Shown one piece after another: positions 34,401-43,490 of a stretch of DNA of 64,000 nucleotides; the first letter of the stretch is position 1; each line of letters opens with the position of its first letter. The position numbers were made by a program, and so were the translations under genes. The notes under the pieces were generated by a model that was not told where the DNA came from, searched no databases, and worked only from the letters and a program-made list of their open reading frames with translations. This stretch comes from Candidatus Cloacimonadota bacterium. GTDB lineage: Bacteria > Cloacimonadota > Cloacimonadia > G963667145. The stretch is taken from contig OY781092.1 of the NCBI GenBank assembly GCA_963676615.1, forward strand, positions 1,184,001 to 1,248,000. The letters are read 5' to 3'.

Positions 34401-35279
34401 AGCGTTCTGCAGACTGCAGTTAACTCGCACAGGCGTCCCCATTATGCCCGCTTTTTCAACGCTGATTTTGAGTAGGGAATCGTCACCAAAAACTTTTGCT
34501 TGCAAGATTTTTGCCTGCAGCTTTCCGCTTTTGACAAATGCGTTTTTCAGCTCCAAGTCTGTCTGCAAAGTTTGCTGCGATCCGTATGCGTAGCCATTCA
34601 AAAAAAAGCCCAAAGAGTCCACATCAGCAAGCTTGAGCCCAGGCAAAGCGAAGCTATCGATCTGCACCCGATAAGAGTCTAACACGCCGCCAACAAAGGC
34701 GATATCGCCTTCCAACTTGCGACTTTCCGACGCCACATAAAAAGAAGCGACCATCCGATTTTCCGCCTCCTGCGCATAGCTGCACGAAAAAAGCTCGATC
34801 TCGTCCTGCAAGGCAAATCCCTTGCTTTTTATGTCAAAATCAAGAGATCCTTCCACCACTGCAAAATCTGGAAACAGAGCCACAAGCTTGTCCAGCCCGC
34901 TTTTACCTGCTCTTTTGCCGAAATCGCCAACATCCATTTTCGCCGTTAGACTCGGCTTATAGACCATAATTTTGCTGATCGCTTTTCTGGGCAAAAAGTT
35001 CAAAAACGGCAAAAAAAACAGATTGTAGTCGATCGTAACGCTCTCAATTTTCAGCGAATAATCGTCGTTTTGGCTAGTCAGCCCAAAAATCGTCAGCCGT
35101 TTGTCGTTAAAATCGAGCTTCTGGATACTCACCCGAGAGTTTGTGCGGGAAGCAAAAGACGCCTCCAGCCTGTCTCGCAAAAAATTGTCCAAGCCGATTA
35201 CCTTGAAAACGAAATAGTAACCGCCGTTTACGACGAGCAAAATTGCGATTATAATGAAGAGCCATTTTCTCGCTTTCAT
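31443..35279 (-). CDS. Large TamB/AsmA-like envelope protein
   Basis: 1278 aa, N-terminal TM anchor, amphipathic beta-rich body, C-terminal aromatic residue (…RKSIDF). Confidence 0.6.
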   Translation of the reverse strand: MKARKWLFIIIAILLVVNGGYYFVFKVIGLDNFLRDRLEASFASRTNSRVSIQKLDFNDKRLTIFGLTSQNDDYSLKIESVTIDYNLFFLPFLNFLPRKAISKIMVYKPSLTAKMDVGDFGKRAGKSGLDKLVALFPDFAVVEGSLDFDIKSKGFALQDEIELFSCSYAQEAENRMVASFYVASESRKLEGDIAFVGGVLDSYRVQIDSFALPGLKLADVDSLGFFLNGYAYGSQQTLQTDLELKNAFVKSGKLQAKILQAKVFGDDSLLKISVEKAGIMGTPVRVNCSLQNALQTDMQLFANVRLGNQLQIDDIYAKRSRQNDEISWEIQRAFWLGNKLSGDFVTDYKSFSFSLADESFVVQEKDFRLQSSLKFLASWDKSVGFQADFFGEKLQASSKNFVIDSATLQGHLLGSDFSASLQLRDSLANFDFSGNIFADSCAVNFRSQEFDPNLLLKHKNRYLPLCRVSSAGFLRKKVLHSKIDIFLEDSYYGLVSGSFGSQFLYDFEQGQLDMRLRSYKATFNYNLFELDLHAQGSFDSLMVDDLVLNEKLRGKFLLTKQKRYRCSGFLVAESLSLARWQKYFPQELFSQNLNGKLSLSLQVAGSGELDLRAKAKNVSYGRWQGVDANFGLQGSLDSLQVKEAELICGEDTVIFAKGKILSDSALSVKGNIVVNSLDLNKLQAESQRDWFGVVNGDLSLDYSQASPTLRGKLACRDFGYRDLRFSKVLLDFYQNKESLVVPQFNFFDEESDESLAIKGELGYNLLSGSFFPSDKKLQLYYQGDFLRYLSQLLPFIKSPESSSRLALNLGMTDKGLSIKEGAFVLKNGQMEIASQPEDAEDIQMDLRISNDTLFVQKFQARIGEGKLNFSNDFAESDKNLVLGNLNLGKIYFWTSGGKVSFNYPDYMDDNAVGKVRVKGLQDGEKAFVQGPADNMLISVQFCISDAQAMFPKKSRNLLNLISETATISQPEKAVKLPFFIEMQLLFEDNVYYKTYPMNLLVSRGSFLDFRYEKDDQWQVTRGEFRSTSGDMEIFSSVFTAKNVDLLLSQTNSLFDLNAEFEAIAVDGSTVSLFLKTIDKSKFALTKNTEIELASTDKDLTSDMQIISSLKYDISQDNSQTGAAAQAAMNSQVLGIVGDGVQSQVLDLFISPVENSLQRALRLDLFRIKMNVVQNILEDYDNQQNLNQEQTAMDGSDILLNKMKISLGKSLTNRLFVVSEFKVEESDDPLVEKRKLLLNQKVGFRYILPYNFRFQYNYNFSEDVEKNLYELNLRKSIDF

Positions 35280-35938
35280 CGTTGCAGATTAAGTGCTCCG
35301 CCGCTTAAAATATAGTGTTTGTCCATTTTGCTGGTAAGCTCCAGATTGTGCGTAACAATCACGAAAGCCTGCTCAAATCGCTGATTTAGCTCCAAAAAAA
35401 TCCTGATGAGGTTGTCCTTGTTTTTGTGATCGAGGCTGCCCGATGGTTCGTCCGCCAAAATCAGCTTTGGGCGGTTAATAATCGCTCTGCCGACTGCCAC
35501 CCGCTGCGCTTGACCGCCAGAAAGTTTGCTCGGCAAGGCGTCCGCTTTTGCCTCAAGACCCAGCACCCGCAAAATCTCCAGCGCCTCTTTTTTGCTTTGC
35601 GTCATATTTTTCGTCTTGATAAACATCGGCATCGCCACATTTTCCAGCACCGTAAACTCCTGCAAAAGATAGTGCGACTGAAAAACGAACCCCAAAAACT
35701 CGTTGCGAAGGCGATTCATATCGCGCACAGGCTCGCCACCGTAGAGAACTTGCCCGCTATCGGGGCTGTCTAAACTTCCCAAAATATGCAGCAAAGTGGA
35801 CTTCCCGCAGCCAGATTCTCCCGTGATGATATTGGTTTGCCCTTTTTGCACGACAAAGTTTAGCCCGCTTAAAACCTGCAGGCGCGAGTTGCCGTCTTCG
35901 TATGATTTAAAAATATTTTCCGCTCGTAAAATTTCCAT
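35276..35938 (-). CDS. lolD: LolD-like ABC transporter ATP-binding protein
   Basis: GESGCGKS, LGFVFQSHYLL, LSGGQAQR, ADEPSGSLD. Confidence 0.85.
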   Translation of the reverse strand: MEILRAENIFKSYEDGNSRLQVLSGLNFVVQKGQTNIITGESGCGKSTLLHILGSLDSPDSGQVLYGGEPVRDMNRLRNEFLGFVFQSHYLLQEFTVLENVAMPMFIKTKNMTQSKKEALEILRVLGLEAKADALPSKLSGGQAQRVAVGRAIINRPKLILADEPSGSLDHKNKDNLIRIFLELNQRFEQAFVIVTHNLELTSKMDKHYILSGGALNLQR

Positions 35939-35939
35939 A

Positions 35940-36731
35940 TTACACATCCAGTAACTGCGTCGATTTTTCTTGACTTGCCAAAAAAACCGTCGCTTGATTT
36001 CCAAAGATTTTCAGCACATTGCTAGATTTCTGAAGCGCTAGCTCTGGCGTGTTATTTTCCGCCGAAAGATGCGCCAACACAACGCTCTTTAGCCCAGGAT
36101 GCACCACTTTGGAAAGCACACCCGCCGCCTGCGCGTTGGACAAATGCCCAACCCTGCTTTTTATCCGCTGCACAAGCTCCCACGGATAGTTGCTCGAGGT
36201 CAGCAAAATATTTTCGTCGTGATTGGACTCCAAAATCAAAGTCGAACACTCCCGAAGTTTTGTCGTCAGCAGATTGGAAATATAGCCGTTATCGGTGGCA
36301 AGACCCAGCTTCCGCTTCTGCGCATCGTTCTTTTTGGCAAACACAAAATTGCACGGATCCACGGCGTCGTGACTGCTGGCAAACGGATCAATCGTCAAAT
36401 CTCCGACCTCAAAAGTTTCGCCCGAAACAAACTTTTTTGCGCCAACGGGCAATTTGCCGAGCTTGTGCTTGCAACTTTGATAAGTTTTTTCGGTTAAATA
36501 GACAGGAATTTTCAACTTTCGAGCCACAATTCCCACTGCCGAAATATGATCGTTATGCTCGTGCGAGACCACAATCGCCCGCATTTTGTCCGCCGCCAGC
36601 GAAAGCTCCTGCAAGCTTTGCAAAAATCTTTTTCCGCTAAGACCGACATCCACCACGATTTGGGTCGAATCGGTTCGCACAAGGCAAGCGTTGCCCCTGC
36701 TGCCAGAGTAGAGAACAGCGACCTGAAACAT
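35940..36731 (-). CDS. MBL-fold metallohydrolase (YycJ/WalJ-like nuclease)
   Basis: SGSRGN, SHEHNDH, LESNHD, GHLSN, AHLSAENN. Confidence 0.9.
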   Translation of the reverse strand: MFQVAVLYSGSRGNACLVRTDSTQIVVDVGLSGKRFLQSLQELSLAADKMRAIVVSHEHNDHISAVGIVARKLKIPVYLTEKTYQSCKHKLGKLPVGAKKFVSGETFEVGDLTIDPFASSHDAVDPCNFVFAKKNDAQKRKLGLATDNGYISNLLTTKLRECSTLILESNHDENILLTSSNYPWELVQRIKSRVGHLSNAQAAGVLSKVVHPGLKSVVLAHLSAENNTPELALQKSSNVLKIFGNQATVFLASQEKSTQLLDV

Positions 36732-36743
36732 TTTTTGCCCGAT

Positions 36744-37691
36744 TTAGCCGATAAAAAAGTAGCGATTGTGAATGGCGTTATACTCCGTCCAGCGCGCGTT
36801 GTTTTGTTGCACAGCCGACATAAGTTGCGATATTCCAGCGGCTTGCGCATCCATATTGTCCGCAAAATGCAGCACCATCGCCTCCAGCGTCTGCGGCAGA
36901 CGAGCCGCACCTTTTTCCATCTCGCCGTGATGCGACAAAATCAGATGCCGAAGTTTCATCAAAATTTGTGAGTCAAAATCGGCAATTTCTTTGGCTTTTT
37001 GCACCAAAAAATCGTCGCCGATGCACAAATGCCCGACCAGTCTGCCCTCGTCGGTAAAATCGATTACCGAGCTGACTTCGTATTCAAAAACTTTGCCAAT
37101 ATCGTGCAAAATCGCCCCAGCGATCAAAATGTCGCGATTTACCGGATAAAGCTCCACGACAAATCCGCAAATTTTGGTGACGCTGACAGTGTGCTCCAGC
37201 AAGCCGCCGATATAATTGTGATGCCAGTTTTTCGCCGCAGGGCACTTCTTGAATTTCGCCAAAAAATCTTGGTCGTCAAAAATATTGCTAAGTAGCTGCT
37301 TTATCTGTGAGTTATCGATGCTGCCGACAAACTCAAGCAACTCCTGCATCAGGCTGTTCAAATTTTTGTCCGTCGAGCGCATATAATCTTGCAAATCGTA
37401 TTCTTCGTCGCCCATTTTTCGCAATTTGTTCACCGTAAACTGAATCTGGTCGCGGAACTCAGCCACGACGCCTTTGACTTTGACCACATCGCCTTTTTCA
37501 AACAACTTTTCCAAAGCTGGCGCGTTGTTCCAGACATTCGCCACGACATCGCCCGTTTTGTCCACCAGCCGCATCCGCAAATACATCCCGCGTTTGCCCT
37601 CTCGAAGGCTCTTTTCGCTGACCAAAAAAGTCGAAACCACATCCGCTTGTCCCAAATGCGAATGCAAATCGTTCACCCAAATTTTATCCAT
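36744..37691 (-). CDS. yhaM: OB-fold/HD-domain 3'-5' exoribonuclease YhaM family
   Basis: N-terminal OB fold, PAAKNWHH...GGLLEH, LHDIGK, ILSHHG. Confidence 0.88.
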   Translation of the reverse strand: MDKIWVNDLHSHLGQADVVSTFLVSEKSLREGKRGMYLRMRLVDKTGDVVANVWNNAPALEKLFEKGDVVKVKGVVAEFRDQIQFTVNKLRKMGDEEYDLQDYMRSTDKNLNSLMQELLEFVGSIDNSQIKQLLSNIFDDQDFLAKFKKCPAAKNWHHNYIGGLLEHTVSVTKICGFVVELYPVNRDILIAGAILHDIGKVFEYEVSSVIDFTDEGRLVGHLCIGDDFLVQKAKEIADFDSQILMKLRHLILSHHGEMEKGAARLPQTLEAMVLHFADNMDAQAAGISQLMSAVQQNNARWTEYNAIHNRYFFIG

Positions 37692-37913
37692 ATCTAAAAA
37701 TCCTTTAAAATTAAATAACTCAACAATCTACCAAGAACTGGAACTTTCCAGCAAGTCAAACATAATTTGAAAATTTCTCGGCTCGTTTTTTTTAGGCAAT
37801 TTTCGCTTCTCCTTAATGAAGCAAAATCTTTTCTTCAACAAAATATTGACAACTAAATTAGGAGTTGCTACAGATGGATAAGATGATGTTTAATATTCGT
37901 TTGAGGAGGTAAT

Positions 37914-38936
37914 ATGAACAGAATCAAAAAAATGGTGGTAGCGATTTTGCTGCTTGCGTCTTTTTCGGGGCTGATGGCGAAAACCTACCAAATGAAATTC
38001 GCTTTCCAATTCAAAAACGACATCTACGAGGCGAACGAAGCAACTTTTGCCAATGTTTTCAAATCTTATGTGGAGTCGATGTCCAACGGGCAAATCAAGG
38101 TGAAGCTGTTCCCTGGCGGCGTTTTGGGCAAAGAGCGAGAGAACTTTGTCAATGTAAAAAACAATGTAATCCAAGCAACGCTCTCGTCTGTGGGCGGCAT
38201 CGCGCAGTTCTACGAGCCGATTACCGTGGTTGACATTCCGTTTGCGTTCCCCAACAATGTTGTGGCTTGGGATGTTTACGACGGCTGGTTCGGCAAAAAA
38301 CTTCGCGCGGATATCTTCAAAAAAACTGGCGTTCGCTGCTTTGCCACAACCGAAACTGGCGGATTTTTCGCTTTTACCAACAGCAAAAAAGAGGTGAAAT
38401 CTCCCAAAGATATGAAGGGACTTAAATTCAGAACGATGGAGAACGCAGGTCACATCAAAATGGTCTCACTGCTGGGAGCCTCGGCTGTGCCTATCGCTTG
38501 GCTGGAGCTTTACACATCGCTGCAAACTGGCGTAATCGACGGGCAAATGAACCCGCTACCAACGATGCTCAACGCCAAACTCGAAGAAGTGCAAAAGTTT
38601 GTCACGCTCACCAACCACCTCTACGGCACCGACTGGTTTATGGTTAACAACTCTTGGTATAATTCGCTTCCGAAAAATCTGCAAAAAATTGTTCGTGACG
38701 GAGCGCAAGTGGCAAATATCGCCGACAGAGGCGCACAACGGATTTTGGACGCTTTGGCTGTGGAAGGTTTGCAAAAAAAGGGCTTGAAAATTTACAAGCC
38801 GACCGACAAAGAGGTCGCTCAGTTTAGAGATATGGTGCAAGACGAATACATCAAATGGCTCGAAGGCGAGAACCCTGCCAACAAAAAATGGATTAAAGAT
38901 TTCCAAAAGGCGATCAAAGAAGCCGAAAAAAATTAA
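37914..38936 (+). CDS. dctP: TRAP transporter substrate-binding protein
   Basis: Signal peptide; DMKGLKFRTM, ELYTSLQTGVIDGQ. Confidence 0.93.
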   Translation: MNRIKKMVVAILLLASFSGLMAKTYQMKFAFQFKNDIYEANEATFANVFKSYVESMSNGQIKVKLFPGGVLGKERENFVNVKNNVIQATLSSVGGIAQFYEPITVVDIPFAFPNNVVAWDVYDGWFGKKLRADIFKKTGVRCFATTETGGFFAFTNSKKEVKSPKDMKGLKFRTMENAGHIKMVSLLGASAVPIAWLELYTSLQTGVIDGQMNPLPTMLNAKLEEVQKFVTLTNHLYGTDWFMVNNSWYNSLPKNLQKIVRDGAQVANIADRGAQRILDALAVEGLQKKGLKIYKPTDKEVAQFRDMVQDEYIKWLEGENPANKKWIKDFQKAIKEAEKN

Positions 38937-39044
38937 AGAAAAGCATAAGGTCAGGCTCTTGTTTTAATTCCTTTTGTTTCAAGGGTTTGACCTTTGTTTC
39001 GTTTGACAGGGAATCGTCCCAATTCAAGGAGTAAAACCCCAATT

Positions 39045-39521
39045 ATGTTAAATAATTTAAAAACCATAGGCGCCGACATCGACAAAGCCGTCGGGTATAT
39101 TTGCATTTTTTTTGCCGCAACGATGACGCTCAGCACACTCGCTGGCATCTTCCTTCGCTATTTGATGTCCGAGCCGCTAAACTGGACAGAAGAGTATGCC
39201 CGCTATGCGATGATTTGGATGGGACTTTTGGCGATTAGTATGGGCGTAAAGCGAAAAAGCCACCTCGGCGTGAACTTTTTTTACGACCTCTTTCCCAAAA
39301 AATTGCAAACTTTCCTAAGCTTCCTCATCAATTTCCTGATCATCTTCTTTTTCGTGATAATGGTTATCTTCGGCTATCGGATGGCAATCGACGGCTACTA
39401 TCAGATTTCGCCCGCGCTAAAGATGCGGATGTTTTATGTTCTGATAGTCGTGCCGATTACATCCCTAATCAGCATCTACCACATTTGCGTGCAGGTGCTG
39501 TCCGACATTTTTGACAAATAA
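39045..39521 (+). CDS. dctQ: TRAP transporter small permease
   Basis: 4 TM; RY...WTEEYARY...HLGV; AAGGAG SD. Confidence 0.92.
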   Translation: MLNNLKTIGADIDKAVGYICIFFAATMTLSTLAGIFLRYLMSEPLNWTEEYARYAMIWMGLLAISMGVKRKSHLGVNFFYDLFPKKLQTFLSFLINFLIIFFFVIMVIFGYRMAIDGYYQISPALKMRMFYVLIVVPITSLISIYHICVQVLSDIFDK

Positions 39522-39532
39522 GGAGAAAAAAA

Positions 39533-40819
39533 ATGCCTTTATTTATAGCTATTGTCTTCGCCGTTTTGCTCATCGTTAGCGTGCCAATCGGCTTCACGCT
39601 GGGTCTGACATCTTTATTTGCCATCTTCAAGTCCGATATGCTGGTCTTGCTCAACATCGTCCCGCAGCGATTTTTTGCGGGCGTGGATATGTTCCCCATA
39701 ATGGCGATGCCGTTTTTTATGATCGCAGGCGACCTTATGAATCGCTGCAAAATCACCGATAGCCTCATCGAATTTTCCAACTCGCTGGTCGGTCACATCC
39801 GAGGAGGGCTTGCGCACTCCAACATCGTTGCCAGCATCTTTTTCGCAGGAATCACTGGCGCCGCCGTGGCAGACTCCGCCGCACTTGGCTCGGTGCTCAT
39901 TCCCGCAATGAAAAAAGACGGCTACGACGAAGATTTTTCTGCGGCTATCACCGCTGCCTCGTCGATAATCGGACCAATCATTCCGCCGAGCACAATTATG
40001 GTCATCTACGGCTCGATAATGGGCGTGTCCATCGCAGGGCTGTTCGCCGCTGGCGTTTTGCCGGGCGTTCTCATCGGAATTTTGCTGATGATAATGGTCT
40101 ATTTCATCGCCAAAAAACGAAACTACCCCAAAATGGAAAGTCGCCCCAGCGTTGCATATGTCTGGAAAGTTTTCAAAAAAAGCATCCTCGCGCTAATTTT
40201 GCCCGTGATAATCTTGGGCGGAATCCTTTCGGGATACTTCACGCCGACAGAAGCCGCCGCTGTTTCCGTCCTCTACGCATTTATCATCGGATTTTTTGTC
40301 ACCAAAACCCTGAAAGTCTCGGACTTGCCAGATATTTTGCTCAGTTGCGCCAAAAACACCGGCATCATTTTCCTGCTGATGTCCGCCGCTTCTATCCTTA
40401 GCTTCTTCCTCGCCAGCGAAGGCATCCCCGAGATGATCGCCGATGTTATGCTCTCGATTTCGCACAGCAAATACATCATCTTGTTTTTGATTTGCGTCTT
40501 GCTGCTGATAATCGGGATGTTTATGGACATCACCGCTGCGTTGCTGATTTTGGCGCCAATCCTCGCTCCGCTTGCCATTCAACTGGGCGTGCACCCCTTG
40601 CATTTCGCCATCGTGATGGTCGTTGCGCTAAACATTGGCCTTATGACACCGCCGCTGGGAGCGTGCCTTTTCGTTGTCTGCGGAGTGACTGGGTTGCCTC
40701 TGGAAAAAGTCGCCAAAGAGATTGTGCCTTTCATTTTTGCCGAAGTCATCGCGCTGTTTATCGTCGCTTTTTGGCCGCCGCTGTCGATGGCAATTCCCAA
40801 ATTTTTTGGGTTCGTTTAA
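39533..40819 (+). CDS. dctM: TRAP transporter large permease
   Basis: GPIIPPS, FTPTEAAA, TPPLG motifs. Confidence 0.95.
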   Translation: MPLFIAIVFAVLLIVSVPIGFTLGLTSLFAIFKSDMLVLLNIVPQRFFAGVDMFPIMAMPFFMIAGDLMNRCKITDSLIEFSNSLVGHIRGGLAHSNIVASIFFAGITGAAVADSAALGSVLIPAMKKDGYDEDFSAAITAASSIIGPIIPPSTIMVIYGSIMGVSIAGLFAAGVLPGVLIGILLMIMVYFIAKKRNYPKMESRPSVAYVWKVFKKSILALILPVIILGGILSGYFTPTEAAAVSVLYAFIIGFFVTKTLKVSDLPDILLSCAKNTGIIFLLMSAASILSFFLASEGIPEMIADVMLSISHSKYIILFLICVLLLIIGMFMDITAALLILAPILAPLAIQLGVHPLHFAIVMVVALNIGLMTPPLGACLFVVCGVTGLPLEKVAKEIVPFIFAEVIALFIVAFWPPLSMAIPKFFGFV

Positions 40820-40844
40820 CGAATTTTAGCTTGCTAAAAAATTA

Positions 40845-40877
40845 AGTGGTGGACAAAAAAGTTCGCCACTTTTTTTT
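40845..40877 (+). terminator. Rho-independent terminator after dctM
   Basis: aagtggtggac-aaaaaa-gttcgccactt followed by a T-run. Confidence 0.7.
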
Positions 40878-40909
40878 ACGATAAAATCCATAAATCAACG
40901 AGGAGAAAA

Positions 40910-42225
40910 GGCACCGTCCAAAAAAGTGTGTCTAATCTCCAATTTGGTTTCCATTTTCTTAACTTTCTGGGAACAAAATTTTGTCAAATTTAAATTGATA
41001 AATCGGATAATTCAGATATTTATCGACCTTGTCCATCGCGACCTTGCTCAGCAGCAGTAGCACAGACTCATCGCTGGGCATCGAGTTCCTGATTTTCAAA
41101 ACTTTCCGAAACTGTTTATTCAAATTTTCGATCCAATTTGTGGTGTAAATCAGCCGCTGAATTCTGTGGTCAAACTCCAAAAAAGTGAAATAATAAACGA
41201 CATCGTCTCTGTTTAATAACTTCTTGGTAAATCGATACTTATCTCCCCATTTTTTCGCAAAATTATCCAAATTTTTCAAAGCAATTTCTTTCGTATAGCG
41301 TTCTTGTCCGACGCAAAAAATTTCCTTCAAATCGTCGCTAATTTCGCTTTTATCACTATTCCTGACCTTAGCTAATAGACTTCTTTTAAAGTGAGTTACA
41401 CACTTTTGAAATTTCGCATTTTTAAAAACTTTGCTCACCACATTTTCCAGCCCAACAAGGCCGTCAGCCACGACCAATTTTGTCGTTTGCAAGCCTCGCG
41501 ATTTTAGGCGATTAAACAAGAATTCCCAGCCAGCAGCGCTCTCGGTCGGGATATTTTCGAGCGCCAAAATGTCCCGACTTTTGTCCTCTCGGACGCCGAT
41601 AACCACGCAAAACGCCTCAGTTTCAACACTGTCGAGCCGCCTCAATTTGGAATGTATGGCGTCAATCATAATAATCGGATAGTTTTTTTCTAGCGGCCTA
41701 TTTCGCCAATTTGTCAACAATTCTTTGAATTCTTGGCTGATATTGCTGATGGTCGATTTTTTGTAATTCGTGCCAAAAACATTTGCGAAAACATTCTCTA
41801 TGTCTCTGGTAGACAAGCCTTTAGCATACAGCTGAAACGCCAATTCTCGTACTTCTTGCTCCTGCTTTTTCAAAATTTCCAAGATAAATGGATAAAATTG
41901 ACCGAATCTGTCGCGCGGAATTTTGAATTGAATTTTGCCGCTGAGAGATGAAAAACACCTGCTGCGATAGCCGTTGCCTTTGTTGTTTGAGCTTTTGTTT
42001 TCCGCCATAAAAGCCTGTCTTTCCAGCTTCATAAGGCTGTTAAAAACGAACTCGATCAATTTATTCGCGCCATAATCATTGACATTTTCGTCTAAAATTT
42101 TTTGTAGTTGACTTGCGTTAAATCGCATAAGAATCTCCTTTTTTGTTCTTTTTTTTATAAAAATTGGAGATTCTTTTTTTGTGTCTAGTTTTTTTTGCTG
42201 CAGACACACTTTTTTGGACAGTGCC
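40910..42225 (-). mobile_element. Complete IS256-family insertion sequence (1316 bp)
   Basis: 24-bp terminal IRs GGCAC(C/T)GTCCAAAAAAGTGTGTCT (23/24 match); 8-bp target duplication GGAGAAAA at 40902-40909 and 42226-42233. Confidence 0.95.
40959..42128 (-). CDS. IS256 family transposase
   Basis: NGYRSR, IPRDR, GLSTRDI, IDA, ADG, QKCVTH and YTTNWIE Mutator-type DDE motifs. Confidence 0.95.
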   Translation of the reverse strand: MRFNASQLQKILDENVNDYGANKLIEFVFNSLMKLERQAFMAENKSSNNKGNGYRSRCFSSLSGKIQFKIPRDRFGQFYPFILEILKKQEQEVRELAFQLYAKGLSTRDIENVFANVFGTNYKKSTISNISQEFKELLTNWRNRPLEKNYPIIMIDAIHSKLRRLDSVETEAFCVVIGVREDKSRDILALENIPTESAAGWEFLFNRLKSRGLQTTKLVVADGLVGLENVVSKVFKNAKFQKCVTHFKRSLLAKVRNSDKSEISDDLKEIFCVGQERYTKEIALKNLDNFAKKWGDKYRFTKKLLNRDDVVYYFTFLEFDHRIQRLIYTTNWIENLNKQFRKVLKIRNSMPSDESVLLLLSKVAMDKVDKYLNYPIYQFKFDKILFPES

Positions 42226-42233
42226 GGAGAAAA

Positions 42234-42575
42234 ATGAAAACGAAGCAAATCTCTTGGCAAGATTTTGCCAAAATCGAAATCCGCACAGGCACAATCGTTG
42301 CCGCAGAAGCGTTTGTGGAGGCTCGCAACCCTGCCTACAAGCTACAAATCGACTTCGGCGCAGAGCTTGGCACCAAAAAATCTTCTGCCCAAATCACCAA
42401 ACTTTACTCGGCTGAGGAACTCATCGGCAAGCAAGTCGTGGCTGTGGTCAACTTCCCAAAAAAGCAAATCGCCAATTTGATGAGCGAATGCTTGGTTTTG
42501 GGCGCTATTTCTGGCGACGAAGTCTCGCTGCTATCGCCCGACAAGCTTTGCCAAAACGGGCTAAAAATCGGCTAA
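42234..42575 (+). CDS. csaA: tRNA-binding / secretion chaperone CsaA
   Basis: DFAKIEIRTGTI, KKSSAQIT, VVNFPKKQIA...SECLVLG. Confidence 0.9.
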   Translation: MKTKQISWQDFAKIEIRTGTIVAAEAFVEARNPAYKLQIDFGAELGTKKSSAQITKLYSAEELIGKQVVAVVNFPKKQIANLMSECLVLGAISGDEVSLLSPDKLCQNGLKIG

Positions 42576-42615
42576 CAAAAAAAGCTTGCTCTTTTTTTTA
42601 GAACAAGCTTTTTTC
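42576..42615. terminator. Bidirectional terminator between csaA and the OpuA/ProU operon
   Basis: aaaaaaagcttgctc...gaacaagctttttt. Confidence 0.7.
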
Positions 42616-42630
42616 TTCTAATCGCAAAAA

Positions 42631-43476
42631 TTATTTAAAGCCTTTGAGCATCCGCTTCACAGATTTAGGATTCTCCTTAACCCACTCTTCTACAGCCACT
42701 TCAATATCTTCGTTGTCTTTGATTTTTATCATCAAACTAGAAATTTCCGGGTCGGTTATCGTGAACTGTCCCAAAAATTTAGCGAGCTCGGGCTTATCTT
42801 GCGGCAAATTTTTTCTGCCTTTTATCTGAATAACGCCAGTGTCCCAATATTTGTCTTTGTCTTGCTCCAAAATCTTCAAATCCCAGCGACCGAACATCCA
42901 ATGCGGCTTCCAGCCAGGCACCACAATCCACTGCTTGTTTGCAATCGCTTTTTTTAGAGCCGCCGTCATCGCAGGACCGCTGGACGCCAGCAGCTGCATA
43001 TCCAAATCGTAATCTTTGATTAGCTGCTCAATCTGGGTCATCATCCCCGCGCCAGCGTCGATTCCCACAATTTTGTTGTCGAATTTTGCGGCAGACCCTT
43101 TCAGCTCCGAAATTTTGTCGATTGTCACATAAGAAGGGACGACCAGCCCACAAATCGTGCCGCGGTAGATGTCGCCGAGAGTGATGAGCTCGTCGCCGTA
43201 TTTGTCCAGATAATCTTTTTGCAACGCTGGCCAGCACTCCATATACGCGTCCTGATTGCCCTTCGCCACAGAGGCGTAGGCGGGCGCAACATCGGCAGCC
43301 GTCAAATTCACCTCATATCCCAGCTGATTTTCCAGCAAATTTTTGATCAAATGCGTGTAAGCCACGCCCTCTGCCCAGTTCACATACACCAATTCGGCGG
43401 TTTTTTTGTTCTCTTTTCCTTTGCAAGCCGCCGCAAAAATTGCCACAGCCAAAAACAGAAATAGTAGTTTCTTCAT
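42631..43476 (-). CDS. opuAC: Glycine betaine/proline ABC substrate-binding lipoprotein (OpuAC/ProX)
   Basis: Lipobox AAAC; YVNWAEG, GIDAGAG, GWKPHWMF Trp cage. Confidence 0.88.
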   Translation of the reverse strand: MKKLLFLFLAVAIFAAACKGKENKKTAELVYVNWAEGVAYTHLIKNLLENQLGYEVNLTAADVAPAYASVAKGNQDAYMECWPALQKDYLDKYGDELITLGDIYRGTICGLVVPSYVTIDKISELKGSAAKFDNKIVGIDAGAGMMTQIEQLIKDYDLDMQLLASSGPAMTAALKKAIANKQWIVVPGWKPHWMFGRWDLKILEQDKDKYWDTGVIQIKGRKNLPQDKPELAKFLGQFTITDPEISSLMIKIKDNEDIEVAVEEWVKENPKSVKRMLKGFK

Positions 43477-43490
43477 CGTGTCTCCTTGTT

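Noticed and set aside
33381..34475. Long antisense ORFs (364 aa here; also 23024-23998, 50939-52090, 53086-54006, 18579-19448)
   Set aside because: They shadow well-supported genes on the opposite strand and show no recognisable motifs.
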